A stretch of DNA of 64,000 nt from Octopus sinensis (lineage: Eukaryota): the NCBI RefSeq assembly GCF_006345805.1, contig NC_043007.1, forward strand, positions 63,798,001 through 63,862,000, in the 5' to 3' direction. The translations under genes and the position numbers were made by a program. The notes beneath the pieces were generated by a model that did no database searches, was not told the DNA's origin, and was given only the letters and a program-made list of their open reading frames with translations. Shown piece after piece: positions 51,901-63,450 of the stretch; position 1 is the stretch's first letter, and each line of letters starts with the position of its first letter.

Positions 51901-53800
51901 CTCTATGATAAAAAAAGTTCATGATAATGATAACAAATGATTATTTAAAATTATGATTACTATGATGAAGAGAATTTCAAAATTGTTTGTTATTGAGTTA
52001 GAAAAAAATAATAATAAAAGACACATTACCAGTTAATTCTCACTTGATGGCACAAAAACATTGACAATTAATTACTGCCACTCAGTCTGTTATGATAAGT
52101 GTTTCAGTTGATATGATCATCAGAACAGCAGCCTGCTCATGAAATTAACATGCAAGTAGCTGAGCACATCACAGACACTTAACATTAGCTCTCAGGGAGA
52201 TATAGCATGACACAGAACGTGATAATTATTTTTGCCAGCTCAGTGGACTGGAATAACATGAAATAAAGTCTTTCTAGCAATCTATACCAATTAATGAATT
52301 AAAGTTCCACTGCTAAAAGAGGAACCATAATCCTATAATATACACATCAGAAATATAGAAAGAAAACACAATCCAAATCCTTTAATTAATAACATGTAAG
52401 TAATAGAATGGGAAAAGGCAATAACTCCTGACAAAGCTGACGCAGTTGGTGATGATGCCAATAACTTCTCATACAGACATAAAGTCTCAGAGTTTAAGGT
52501 CATGTGAAAATGATTAAAATATGACAACTATCTTCATCATTCTTGGTAAAAACTATCAGTATCACTGCTAGTTTTATGTCTCCTTTTCCATGTTAGCAGG
52601 AGTTTATTGGATCTGAAATACAGTATTTTCCTTCTATTAGTCTCAGACCTGCATAATAAGGTTTTGGTTCAATTCTATAACTTAATATTGTTTCTATTGT
52701 AAAGTGCAGAGCAAATTTAGCCACTAGAACTAAATACACCCCTTTTTTTGCCAAGACAAAAAAAGTAACAATGAGGCAGGCAGTAAAAACAGTAACACTT
52801 TGAATGATAAGTATAAAAATGACAATGATGATAATAATGAAAATTTATTAATCACCATCATTTAATTGGCATTGGTTGGAAGGTTCCACAGGAACTGGTC
52901 AGTCAGAAGATTGCACCAATCCTTGCTCTCTGCTTTGGCATGGTTTCTAAAGCTGGATGCCTTTCCTAATGCCAACCACTTCAGAATGTATTGGATGCAT
53001 TTTACAAGGCACCAGAAGCAGTGAGGTCACCAAGAAACTTGCAAAACAAGAGCCCCTCAACTGAGGTGGGGAGTAGTATTGAGGGACAGAAAAAGGAGTC
53101 TTGTATTAGAGGGGAAAAGTAGCTGCCTCGGGTGGGAAGAGAGAGGGGAGAAGAAAGAGAAGATAGTGGTGACAGTGAATGGACTGGAGACTGGAGAGGG
53201 TGAGTTCACAAGATTGCAGAAGGAGAGTGGTAAATAAAAGGTGGAAGTATACTGAGAGGATAAATTTAGTGAAGAGGAAAGTTAACAATAAAGGACAATG
53301 ATGAAAAAGATCACCGGGAAAAATGACATTAATGATGGTGTCAAAAATTTCTTTCATCACAAATTTCAATAAGAACAGAAGTGATGATGATGAAATGACA
53401 ATCTGAAAGAAAAACTTCTATGATAAAAAAGTTGATGATAATAATAACAAATGATTATTTTTAAAATTATGATCACTATGATGAAGAGAATTTCAAAATT
53501 GTTTATTATTGAGTTAGGGGGGAAAAAATAAGGCACATTACTAGTTAATTTTCACTTGACAATAGAAAAACATTGACAATTAATTACAGGCACTCCATCA
53601 GTTATGACAAGTGTTTGAGTTGATATGGTCATCAGAACAGCCTGCCCATGAAAGTAACATGTAAGTGGCTGAGCACTCCACAGACACACATAACCTTAAC
53701 ATAGTTCTCAGCATGACATGGAATGTGATAATTACAGGTACAACTCATTTTTGCCAGCTCAGTGAAATGGTGCAATTGAAATAAAGTGTCTTGCTCAAGG
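51901..53800. repeat. Direct duplication of ~380 bp (51901-52275 and 53417-53795)
   Basis: Shared 'ctatgataaaaaa(a)gtt..ctatgatgaagagaatttcaaaattgttt..aaaacattgacaattaattac..catcagaacagc'. Confidence 0.9.
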
Positions 53801-54156
53801 ACACAATGTGGCTCCAGGAATTAAATTCATAATCTTATGATCATGAGCTGAACACCCTAACCAATAAGCACAATTGTCTGTTTGATTGAAAACAAATGTC
53901 ACTTAGTATTATGTTCAAATAGTTAGCAATAGGATAAAACTTCCCACCAGTTGTAATTATATTTATTTCAACAATACATATGTGAATATTAAAATCCTTC
54001 CACTCCAATAAACATTACATTGATACCAGCTGAACCTAAGAAAGAAAGAGGAAAATATGCAAATAAATCAAGTAACATTGAAATTATTAAATATTTGATT
54101 GATTATGTAAGAGTGAATATCTGAAAATATCAATAAATTCAAGTAAAGAGACTTAC

Positions 54157-54333
54157 GAGCAAGAAGGACAATACGATCTTCATTAGCAATGGCCAATAAA
54201 TCATTGGCTGGGGATAGTGATATTATGGAATCTTGTAGCCATGTCTCATGCTCTTTTCTTCTATTATGATTCTCTTCTTCTTCATCTTGATTCTGGGATT
54301 CCACTGTCCAATCCCAAGATGATGACCAAGCAT
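54157..54333 (-). CDS. RAB3GAP2: RAB3GAP2 exon 2
   Basis: ttag|(D)AWSSSWDW...WLQDSIISLSPANDLLAIANEDRIVLLA+C|gtaagt. Confidence 0.95.
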
Positions 54334-56079
54334 CTAAGAAATTGAACAGAAACAATATGCAAACAGAATTAATTCAGATACCAAATTGATAATGTACAAC
54401 CATCTTCAGTTAAGTTCAGTCAAGACACATTAATCTGATTGACATTGTTGCCTATCTATGAAACAGATACCACAACTTCTACTCTGAAGTTGAGAAGTGA
54501 GTGGTAAGGAAATCAAACTAATAAAAAGAAAGAAAGAAAGAAAAATTGCTCATATTTTAAATTTTACAAACCCATCCTATTCGAACTATGATAAGGAAAA
54601 AAGTGAGTGGAAAGCAAAGTGTGAAAAACAGTAATATCTAAAATGATTATAAACACCTATTTAGAAGTTTCTAAATGTTCGAGATGGCTACTGACACAAA
54701 AGTTCAAAACACTGACTTGAATACTTGAACTAGATAGTGTTGATAATGATAGACACTCAAAACACTGACTCTAAGCTTTGTGATAACAATACAAATAATA
54801 ATATTGCTGGTCAGCATCAAATAATGATAGAGCCACAGAAAGCTCAGTGTACAAATTACCAAACAGCCAGTTATGAGGCAGGCAATCTGTATCCTGTCAC
54901 TGATAAAGAGTTATGTTCTTGACCAAAACACTAAATTAGAAACAGCAAAAGCTACTCAACTCTAATTAAGTACTACAATGTGGAAGGGTTCACCACTGAG
55001 AAGTAACAAATATTTTTTTTAGTTTGCAATATTGAACCCAATTTCTCTCATGAGAAATGCCAGTGTCCTGTCTAAGTGGGTATTTTCTTTCTCATCTATT
55101 TAATGCGAAACTCACTAGTATTGAGCACCAACCTTATAGACATTTGTGGTTCAAAAATTTAGCAAAAATAGAATAACCAGTATAAATTGTTAGATTATGA
55201 CACTAAAAAAGAATATAAATACCCTTTGAGGATTGTAACATCATTATTTATTATTGACTGCAAGAGGATAATATTTAAGCATCAAGGCAACATAGATACA
55301 TCAGCATCATAATTTTTGTTTGCTTCTTGATACTAGCCTGGGTTGGCTAAGAACTAACTGATCTTTTTTTTGACAAAGTTTCTATGGTCTAATTCTTTTT
55401 TTTGGTGCCAATCACTCTGAAGGATATACTAGGATTATTTTATCATGACACCAACAATAGAAAGGTTTCTTGTCTCTGACAAGACTAAAGAGCTCTCTCT
55501 CTATTCTATGTTGTCTGTACTAATTTGTTCTCCAACACCAGAAAGATTATCTCCTATCCTACCTCATGTTGTTTGTTTCTTTTCACCTCACACAACTGAG
55601 TTAGAGGAGAGGAAGAGAAAGGGGAATAGAATAATAGGAGAACCAGAATGATAGGAACAAGAGGGTGACACAAGAGAGTAATGGAAGAAGCTAAATGATG
55701 GTTGTTGGCATTGTTATTTAACATGCCTTCCATGCAAGCATGGGTTGGATAGTTTAACAGGATCTGATGTTGGAGGACTGTATTAAGCTCCAATGTCTGT
55801 TTTGACATGATTTCCATGGCTAACTGCTCCTCCTAATGCCAACCACTTCACAGAATCTAATTGGTGTTTTCTGTTTCATGGCAGCAACACTAGTAAGGTT
55901 GCCATGTAGCTTACAAAGTAAAAAGCACCTCTCAGACTGAGTAGGAGTTAGTAAAGAGGGAGGCAGCTTTATGCAAGGTAATGACAGGTTAGAGTATGAT
56001 AAAGGGACTGGAACAGGTTTGTTGTTGTAGAGGAGATACATGGCTACCCTGCATTTTATAAAAGACATGAAGGCAGCAA

Positions 56080-56280
56080 GCTGGCAGAATTGTTAGCACA
56101 CCAAACAAAACAATTCCCAGCATTTTTCTGGCTTTATGTTCTGAGTTCAAGTTCTGCCAAAGTTGACTTTGCCTTTCATCCTTTTGGGGCAGATAAAATA
56201 AGTACCTGTTGAGCACTGGAATCTATGTAATCAATTAGTCCTTCCCTCCAAAATTTCAGGCCTTTGACCAATAGTAAAAA
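56080..56280 (+). mobile_element. Second SINE family
   Basis: 'gagttcaagttctgcc..gttgactttgcctttcatcc..gataaaataagtacc..gagcactgg'; related copies at ~5415-5610, 8190-8400, 8410-8560, 32170-32320 and 57990-58150(-). Confidence 0.75.
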
Positions 56281-59139
56281 GTACTGTATAAACAACATAA
56301 CCAAAAGCAGCAGATTTTATTAGCAGTTGGTAATCAACAAGGAAGCTAGTATGTGCACAATCTAGATACTGCAGTGAAAGTGAGGAGCACTGGATGATGT
56401 TATCAATGACAAAATTTTCATTATTAGTTAGCTTTGAGGTAATGGTCAAATATGTAAAGTATTGAAGTGTCTTCTCGAGTGAAATTTTAGCAGAATTTCA
56501 TTATCCACAGTTTAAAAAGTACTTCTCAATTCACAAAGTCAATAAGTACCAGCCATGTACTGGGGTCCATTTTATTGACACTAGTTACACTTACCATTTT
56601 GTTGCTTGTGCCATGTGAGAAATTTTAATTAAAGGTAGTCAACAAATAACTCAGTTTGTAATCCTATTTCAATTTTGTTTCAATTTCTAATGCGAACCAT
56701 TTCAGTTAGGCCTTTGGAAAAAGCATTCTAATTTCAACTTATCATCTCTTCCTTTTTTCAAGGTTGCATGTATAACTAAGAAATTATTAAGGATTAGTGA
56801 TGGTGCTTGTAGTAGTAGTAGATATACTTGGGTCAGAATAACAAACCATTAGTAAAAGAACAGAAAATAGTAATAAGTACTAAAATAAAAAAAAAACCTC
56901 TAAAATAGAAAAAGTTTACACTACATTTGCAAAAACATCTAAAAAGCAAAATATATAAAAACAAACAAACAATAAAACATGGTATACCCAAGTGTGAATA
57001 GGTAAACTATTGAGTAATAAAGTAAGGGATAACTTACTGAATAATGAATATAAGCTCCCTTTGATCAGTTAATAGTACTTTTCACATACTGATAAGAAGT
57101 TCCACCAGTTTTAGGCTAGCAATAATTTGAATAATAATAATGATGATGATGATGAACCAAGGAAAATAACTTAAGTAGGCCAATGCTTTAATCTAGATAA
57201 AGTTAATGAATGATGTGCTAAAGACACAGGTAAAAAGAAAAAAGTAAAATCAAATGAAATTTCCATAATACTATTTTACCAGCGGTGGTGCCCCAGCATG
57301 GCCGCGGCCTTCGGGCTAAAACACTTTTAAGGATATATATAAAACTAATACCCGAAAAAATTGTATTAAAAAAAAAAATCAAGTCTCCAGAAGCATTTCA
57401 CACCAAATTTCCTTGTTTACCATTTATGAATATAACATGGAACTTTATACTGATGTATGTCAAACGTGAGTTGAGTTTTGGGAATGTATTAAATTCAACA
57501 AACCTTACTAATTTGATGCAGTAGTATATATCGTGTCTAAGAATTCATAAGTTAGAAAAAAGATACATCCGTATATTTGTCAATAGAATGGATATATTAA
57601 TCAAAGAATATTGTATCCATAACAGCCAATCACTCTGGCATGTAACCGTGCTGTTATCTAACATCTGCTTTTAGTACCCAGTACGAAACTGATTAGTAAG
57701 ATCAGCTGCAATGGATCTATAATACTGCATACTTTGATGAATACATATATATATAAAGATTAATAATATGCATGGATTTCTACTTAACAATGCCTCTCTT
57801 TTTATAAGACGAGTTCCTAACGTTTGCCAAACTATTTTAATCGTAACACTAAACCTACAAATGTACAGATATGGTAAACAGATGAAATTCCAAAAAAAAA
57901 AAAAAAAACAGTTAGGACTAATACTTTGAATGGGAAGTCAAGAGACCAACGTATTCAATAAAATATTGATATACTGGGGAGAAAAACCAATACTTCTTAA
58001 GGAAAGGTATAAGTGACTGATTCGATTTCAGGGTGTATTACTGGTACATGTTTTATAGAGGAGCGGATGGCGAAGTCGACCTCAGACAGACTTGAAATCA
58101 GAGCTGCAAGTCGGAACAAATAAGTTGGTATCTAGTGCGTCAATCACACGAAAGGGTTTTATTATTATGGTAGAAAGGATTATTATTATTATATTATTAT
58201 TATCATCATTATTATAAGGTAGAGATAAAAGTTAGTTGAAGAGACCTCAACATATTTTTGAGGATGTCGTCATGAGATTCCAATGAATGAGAGAAATTGA
58301 AGCAAACTTTACCTTAATATTAGCTATACGGGGATGATTAAGGTAAAAAAAGAAAATCTGATAATCTAACATTATGTATAACAATTTGATATTCAAAACC
58401 ACTTTTTTGATTTTTCCGAGGAAAGCGAAAGTTACTACTTCATTCAACACTTGAAACTGCTAAATCTACAATATACAATAGTGACTGTCATAACAATAAA
58501 ATTTTATTAAATATATTGGATTCATTATATAACAATCACAGAATACAAATTAATAATTCTGTATATGTAAGTTAAAAACTATCTGAAACTATATTCAGGC
58601 AGCCATTTTGACATTTCGCAAAACAGTATTGTCATATTGTAGAGTTTTTAATTCTTTTATTTACTTTATTTGACGAACACACACACACAAAATGAATAAT
58701 TTTGGAGAGGTATTAAGTAGAGTATCGATTAAAACGAAAAGGTGTATACTTCCAGACGAAAACATGATTCATGTCTATATAGTATCGAGTCAAAACACAT
58801 TATTGTATTTGATAGAAAACAAAAATTACATTCGAGCTAATTAAAAAGGCAAAAGAAGAAAGAAAAACAAAATAAAATGTGTAACAACTTGATGCAACAG
58901 TTTTAGAGGGGTAAATTTTCCAGATGGAACTAATTTATCACATGACAAGGTGAGCAGATAAATGACATATTACACTACGAAGCAAAGATGAAACGTGTGT
59001 ATGTATATATATACACACATATATATATACATGTATATATATGCATGTATGTATATAAAATCCTTGTTTACATATGGATATCATTTATAATATTAAATGT
59101 TGTTTTGATGGTGTGAAAGTGCATAATATGCAAATATAC

Positions 59140-59248
59140 CTTCTGTGCCAGACGGGTCTGGAGTGCAGTCCTTCAGAAAAGGGAAAAGGTATCTCTTTAT
59201 AGAAGATATGTCTTGAAATTGTGACAGTACAATTAGTTGACACGACAT
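59140..59248 (-). CDS. RAB3GAP2: RAB3GAP2 coding exon 1
   Basis: ATG at 59248; MSCQLIVLSQFQDISSIKRYLFPFLKDCTPDPSGTE+G|gtatat. Resembles the vertebrate N-terminus MACSIVQFCYFQDL..FLFP; phase 1 matches exon 2. Confidence 0.9.
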
Positions 59249-59827
59249 TATCGTGAAATAAAATGTAAACAACTATGACATGTTACGTTAATGTGGAAGA
59301 CACCACGTCGACCATATCACTTTCGTTTCATTTCCTTTCAAGGCCAGTCTCGAGAGATGACATCATGACTAGTATTACACGCAGATCTTTACACGAACAA
59401 CTAAAAAGTAGAAATCCTGTCTTAATTATCGATAAAAAAGATTTTATTAAATTTAACATTGTGATACAATAAAATTATACTTTCTTTATATTTTAAAAAC
59501 AAAAAACCAACAGAATTAATTTGATCAATTATTTAAACGTTGTGTGAACACAAAATAGAATGTAGCGTGTCTCAAATAAGTTAACAAAATCTACAAGATA
59601 TTGACTTTTATATTATTCCTTCGTAAACATGTAATCAAATAGTTTTGTGCTTATTTTAATGACAGCTCTGCTGACATATATCCATAGTTCCGAACGTCTA
59701 ATCGGAAACAAGATAGATGAAAATCTCCTTTCTTAAGAACAGTGTCCGTTTCTTGCATAATAAGCGCTCCCTTTAAGGCGGGTATTGTGAATCGTAAACT
59801 TTTCTCAACAGTCGACTAACTTTCAGT
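59249..59827. promoter_or_regulatory. Putative bidirectional promoter / 5' UTR region between the RAB3GAP2 and XRCC3 start codons
   Basis: 579 bp between divergent ATGs, free of recognisable repeats and richer in CpG than the introns; contains TATCGATA (59427-59434) and TCTCGAGA. Confidence 0.6.
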
Positions 59828-59876
59828 ATGGAGAAACTCGACTTACATCCCAGGATTATGTTAGCATTGAAAAAAT
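59828..59876 (+). CDS. XRCC3: Probable first coding exon of DNA repair protein XRCC3 (RAD51 paralogue); rest of gene beyond window
   Basis: ATG..MEKLDLHPRIMLALKK+T|GTAAGT, with an in-frame upstream TAA. 9 of 13 residues match the recalled human XRCC3 start LDLNPRIIAAIKK, with a phase-1 donor right after KK. Only 16 codons are visible. Confidence 0.7.
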
Positions 59877-59932
59877 GTAAGTAATTCTTAACTCTATCTC
59901 TCTTTCTCTCACACATATATATATATATATAT

Positions 59933-59979
<47 letters not shown>

Positions 59980-60013
59980 AGAAGTATTAGGGGTGATGTA
60001 CAGATTTAATACA

Positions 60014-60200
60014 TATGAAAGAAAAAGGCGTTCAGAATGCTGGATGGTTGTATATAAAATATATATATATATTTATTTACATATCACATATTATTTCTTC
60101 AAATCACGTGATTTGAAGAAATAATATGTGATATATAAATAAATATATATACTTTTTTATATACAACCATCTCGCATTCTGAACGCCTTTTTCTTTCGTA
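60014..60200. repeat. Loop-less palindrome centred on CACGTG
   Basis: TATGAAAGAAAAAGGCGTTCAGAATGC ... GCATTCTGAACGCCTTTTTCTTTCGTA; centre at 60107/60108. Confidence 0.95.
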
Positions 60201-60209
60201 TATATATAT

Positions 60210-60641
60210 ATATATCTCGTTTGCAGAAAACATAAATCAGGAGAAGCACACTCTAAGATGTAGAGCAGTGTGCATTTTAATGAGGAAGGCCGTTTTGTGG
60301 GATTACCCTGGGTTTCTCGTCCATAAAGGGTTTAGCTTCATGGCGTATAGTCATACCCCAAAACCCTCAGACTCCCAACATTTTTTTGTGATCTGATTAT
60401 ACGTCATAGAGCTAAACCCTTTATGGACGGGAAACACGCAGTAATCCCATAAACCGGCCTACCCCTTTAAAAAAAAATTATCTTTTATTGTGCCTTGGAA
60501 GAGACGTTCTGTTTTAGTGCCCTATTACTTAACACACACACCGGTTTGATTTCCACTCATTTACTTATTTTTCCTAAAATTTTCGTTGCGTCGTGCAACC
60601 TTTATATGTATTTATATGTGTATGTATGTATATATATGTAC

Positions 60642-60681
<40 letters not shown>

Positions 60682-60702
60682 GTGTATGTATATATATGTA
60701 CG

Positions 60703-60735
<33 letters not shown>

Positions 60736-60804
60736 GTGTATGTATATATATGTACGTATATATATATATATATATATTTATATGTGTATGTATATATATG
60801 TACG

Positions 60805-60871
<67 letters not shown>

Positions 60872-61035
60872 GTGTGTGTGTGTATACGCATTTATTAAAA
60901 ATGGGGAAGGCCGGTTTATGGACGGGAAACCTAACGTAATCCCATAAACCGGCCTTCCGCATTTTTAATATATACTACTCTACATCTTAGACTGTTTCTT
61001 CTTTCGGATTTATGTTTTCTACAAACGATCCTATA
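60210..61035. mobile_element. Foldback-type element with ~95-bp imperfect TIRs, internal hairpins and a (TA)n core
   Basis: 60213-60305 is the inverse of ~60937-61030; internal inverted repeats at 60299-60450 and 60905-60958; flanked by (TA)n. Confidence 0.65.
60600..60885. repeat. Compound (TA)n/(TATG)n/(TG)n microsatellite with higher-order unit
   Basis: Unit 'tttatatgtgtatgtatatatatgtacg(ta)n' occurs about three times; explains the spurious YIYIY ORFs. Confidence 0.95.
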
Positions 61036-61039
61036 TATA

Positions 61040-61095
<56 letters not shown>

Positions 61096-61098
61096 ATA

Positions 61099-61304
61099 TA
61101 GTAGTACCTCAGTTTTCGAGCAACTCTGATCGCGAATAAATCGTGCTTTATATATAGAGAGAGATAAATAAATATAGATATATGTAAATTTATTTGTGAT
61201 CAGAGGCGTTCGTAAACAGAGGTATTAAATGAATATGAGATAAGTACCGACATAAAGTATGATTTATTTGTGATCAGAGTTGTTCGAAAATCGAAGTTCC
61301 ACTG
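61099..61304. mobile_element. pogo/Tigger-like MITE (~206 bp)
   Basis: TAGTAGTACCTCAGTTTTCGAGCAACTCTGATCGCGAATAAATC versus inverse CAGTGGAACTTCGATTTTCGAACAACTCTGATCACAAATAAATC; TA flanks. Confidence 0.7.
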
Positions 61305-61324
61305 TATATCTGTGTATATATATA

Positions 61325-61355
<31 letters not shown>

Positions 61356-61512
61356 ATGTATATATATATATATATACACACATATACATATACACATTTG
61401 TGTATGTGTGATAATGGAACGTCTGAAATGAAGAGTGCTAGCAAATCCACTTGTTAACTTCAATATATATATATATATATATTATATGTGTATGTATGTA
61501 TGTGTATATATA

Positions 61513-61573
<61 letters not shown>

Positions 61574-61666
61574 TTTGTGTATGTGTGATAATGGAACGTG
61601 TGAAATGAAGAGTGTTAGCAAATCCACCTGTTAACTTCATACATCGTTATTTCGTCACATTTTCTT

Positions 61667-61698
<32 letters not shown>

Positions 61699-62265
61699 AA
61701 AGGAAGAAAGAGGATAATTTTATAAAAGTACTCGGAGAAAGTAACTTTGAGCTGACGTATTTTCTAGCTCTGAAGGAGAAGCTGAACCCAGGACCGTCTT
61801 AGCTGCATTATAGCCCCAGTGCAAAATCAACGCACTGGGTCCTACAGTATTTATTTATTAACTGAAAGCCACAACATATATAGATCAGAATTGAGCAACT
61901 GTACAATATGCCCATGCCTTAAGACGGCTCAGACGTAATCTTTGCGACGGACATAAGCAACCTTTACTAGTCGAGGATCTTAGAAGATATTGCTCATCAT
62001 AAATCGTGTCACTAAAAAAAATTAAACCTCAGTTCACTGTGACACCAAATTTTAGTAAAATGTTACGTTATATGTTACGTGATATTAGGCATACTGTGCC
62101 GAAAGTCATACGAAATGTAAGCAGTCCAAGTGTTGTGGGTTGCTCATAACTGCTTTAGGACATTTACTTAGTTGTTATTTACTTAGCCATCCGTTCTGAT
62201 TGACAAAAGCTATATGAAAGTTCAGTTAAATGTTTATTTGCAACTCAGAAATCTCAAATTCAATA

Positions 62266-62778
62266 TCTATATATATAAAACTCTAGTTGTGTGAGTGTCT
62301 GTCCCCTTCGATTTAGATTCCTAACTCCTCCCACATTTTGCGGTGCAGTTTAACCAAATTCGGGTATCTTATAGTCGTGATTCATATCGAGCCCGTCTGA
62401 CTATTAGCGCGCGTCTACGATGAGTCTACGATTTTTAAAATAATTTAACATCATTTTTTATTCCATTTTAATGCATAATTTTTCGTGTGTCGATGGCGGC
62501 GGAGTTGGCGTCCATGGTCACACCTGCACCTGTTTGCTTCTCCCCCTTCTTCCCTCCCTCGTGAAGCTGTGGGGAAGGGAGTGTAAAGACATCAACGTCG
62601 TAATGCGTTGTCAAGGAGACCAGCGTTCTTTTAGAACAACGACTTCATGGCTTGAAGACACCAAAACAGAAATGGCTAAGAAAGCCCGAATTGGCATCTA
62701 TAAGGGAAGTAACTCTCTAAAAATGCTTATATAGTTATTTCCCTTACAAACCCGAGCAACGCCGGGCGATACTGCTAG
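62266..62778 (+). mobile_element. Non-autonomous Helitron (513 bp)
   Basis: A|TCTATATATATAAAA 5' end; 3' hairpin CCCGAGC-AAC-GCCGGG (62751-62766); CTAG|T end; sits in an A-T dinucleotide with no target duplication. Confidence 0.88.
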
Positions 62779-63109
62779 TATAATATATGTATATACTTCT
62801 ATCTACTTAAAACCATACTGCACAATTTAACACAGAGATACAGTATGTGAGGTGCAATATGACCACCTTTTATCTCTGTTCTCGTATGTCTCTAGACCTA
62901 AGTGTGTGGCCACAATAAATGCAGGTAAAGCGACCTGGCTAGAATGCTCCAAGTTCTTTTCTTTTCTTTTGTGGGCGCTAGTGATGTCATCACTGATTTT
63001 GCAGTTATTTTTGTGTGTGTGTTTTTTTTTTAATGTTTGTCATGACTGGATCGTGTTTTAGAAGTTGTTATTGTTTACCACAAAGCTCAATCCAAGTTGA
63101 GCAAATCTA

Positions 63110-63450
63110 GGTACTTTTTGGTTATCTCACCCCCATTAAAAAATTGGGTTATCTCCCCTAACTAAAAAATTGTTTAACCCTCAATAAAACAAAGAAAAAA
63201 TGAAAAATTTATAAACATGAAAACTGAAAAAATTAAACATCTTACTGAATCTACTAACATTTTTATAACAAATCATACCCTGCCTATTAAGGAGGCCAAA
63301 CGTCAACAATGTGTTGAAGTATTGAATCAAAACGATCAAAACTTTTTAAATCGAATCCCTTGTCGCCACATCAACGCGATTTTTTAGTGGGGAGATAACC
63401 CAATTTTTTAAACTAATTTTTTAATGGGGGTGAGATAACCAAAAAGTACC
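63110..63450. mobile_element. MITE with perfect 36-bp TIRs and an 8-bp target duplication; Merlin-like
   Basis: CAAATCTA|GGTACTTTTTGGTTATCTCACCCCCATTAAAAAATT ... exact inverse|CAAATGTA (target duplication 7 of 8). Confidence 0.8.

Larger units (their letters stand above)
3132..59248 (-). other. RAB3GAP2: Gene span (coding exons 1-29) of Rab3 GTPase-activating protein non-catalytic subunit; 3'-incomplete, continues left of window
   Basis: 29 exons with GT-AG boundaries join in frame to 1126 codons. Recognisable motifs include [104 protein letters not shown] and VGKHPKERLCRK. Confidence 0.97.

Noticed and set aside
58247-58450. ORF with AAG|GTAAAG donor as a possible RAB3GAP2 first exon
   Set aside because: No ATG and phase 0, whereas exon 2 needs phase 1; 59140-59248 fits both homology and phase.
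58598-58610. YY1-like CAAAATGGCTGCC on the minus strand
   Set aside because: Single short motif about 530 bp inside intron 1; the ATG is followed by a stop after 3 codons; no supporting evidence.
3132-59248. U12-type introns, snoRNAs, CRISPR arrays
   Set aside because: No RTATCCTT donors among the 29 exons, no convincing C/D or H/ACA fold seen by eye, and no repeat-spacer array in this eukaryotic DNA.
60495-60962. Four ORFs of 101-150 aa (YIYIYI...)
   Set aside because: Translations of (TA)n/(TG)n microsatellite; not coding.
61790-61930. Possible small MITE (GGACCGTCTTA / TAAGACGGCTC)
   Set aside because: Only 9 of 11 TIR positions match and there is no target duplication.
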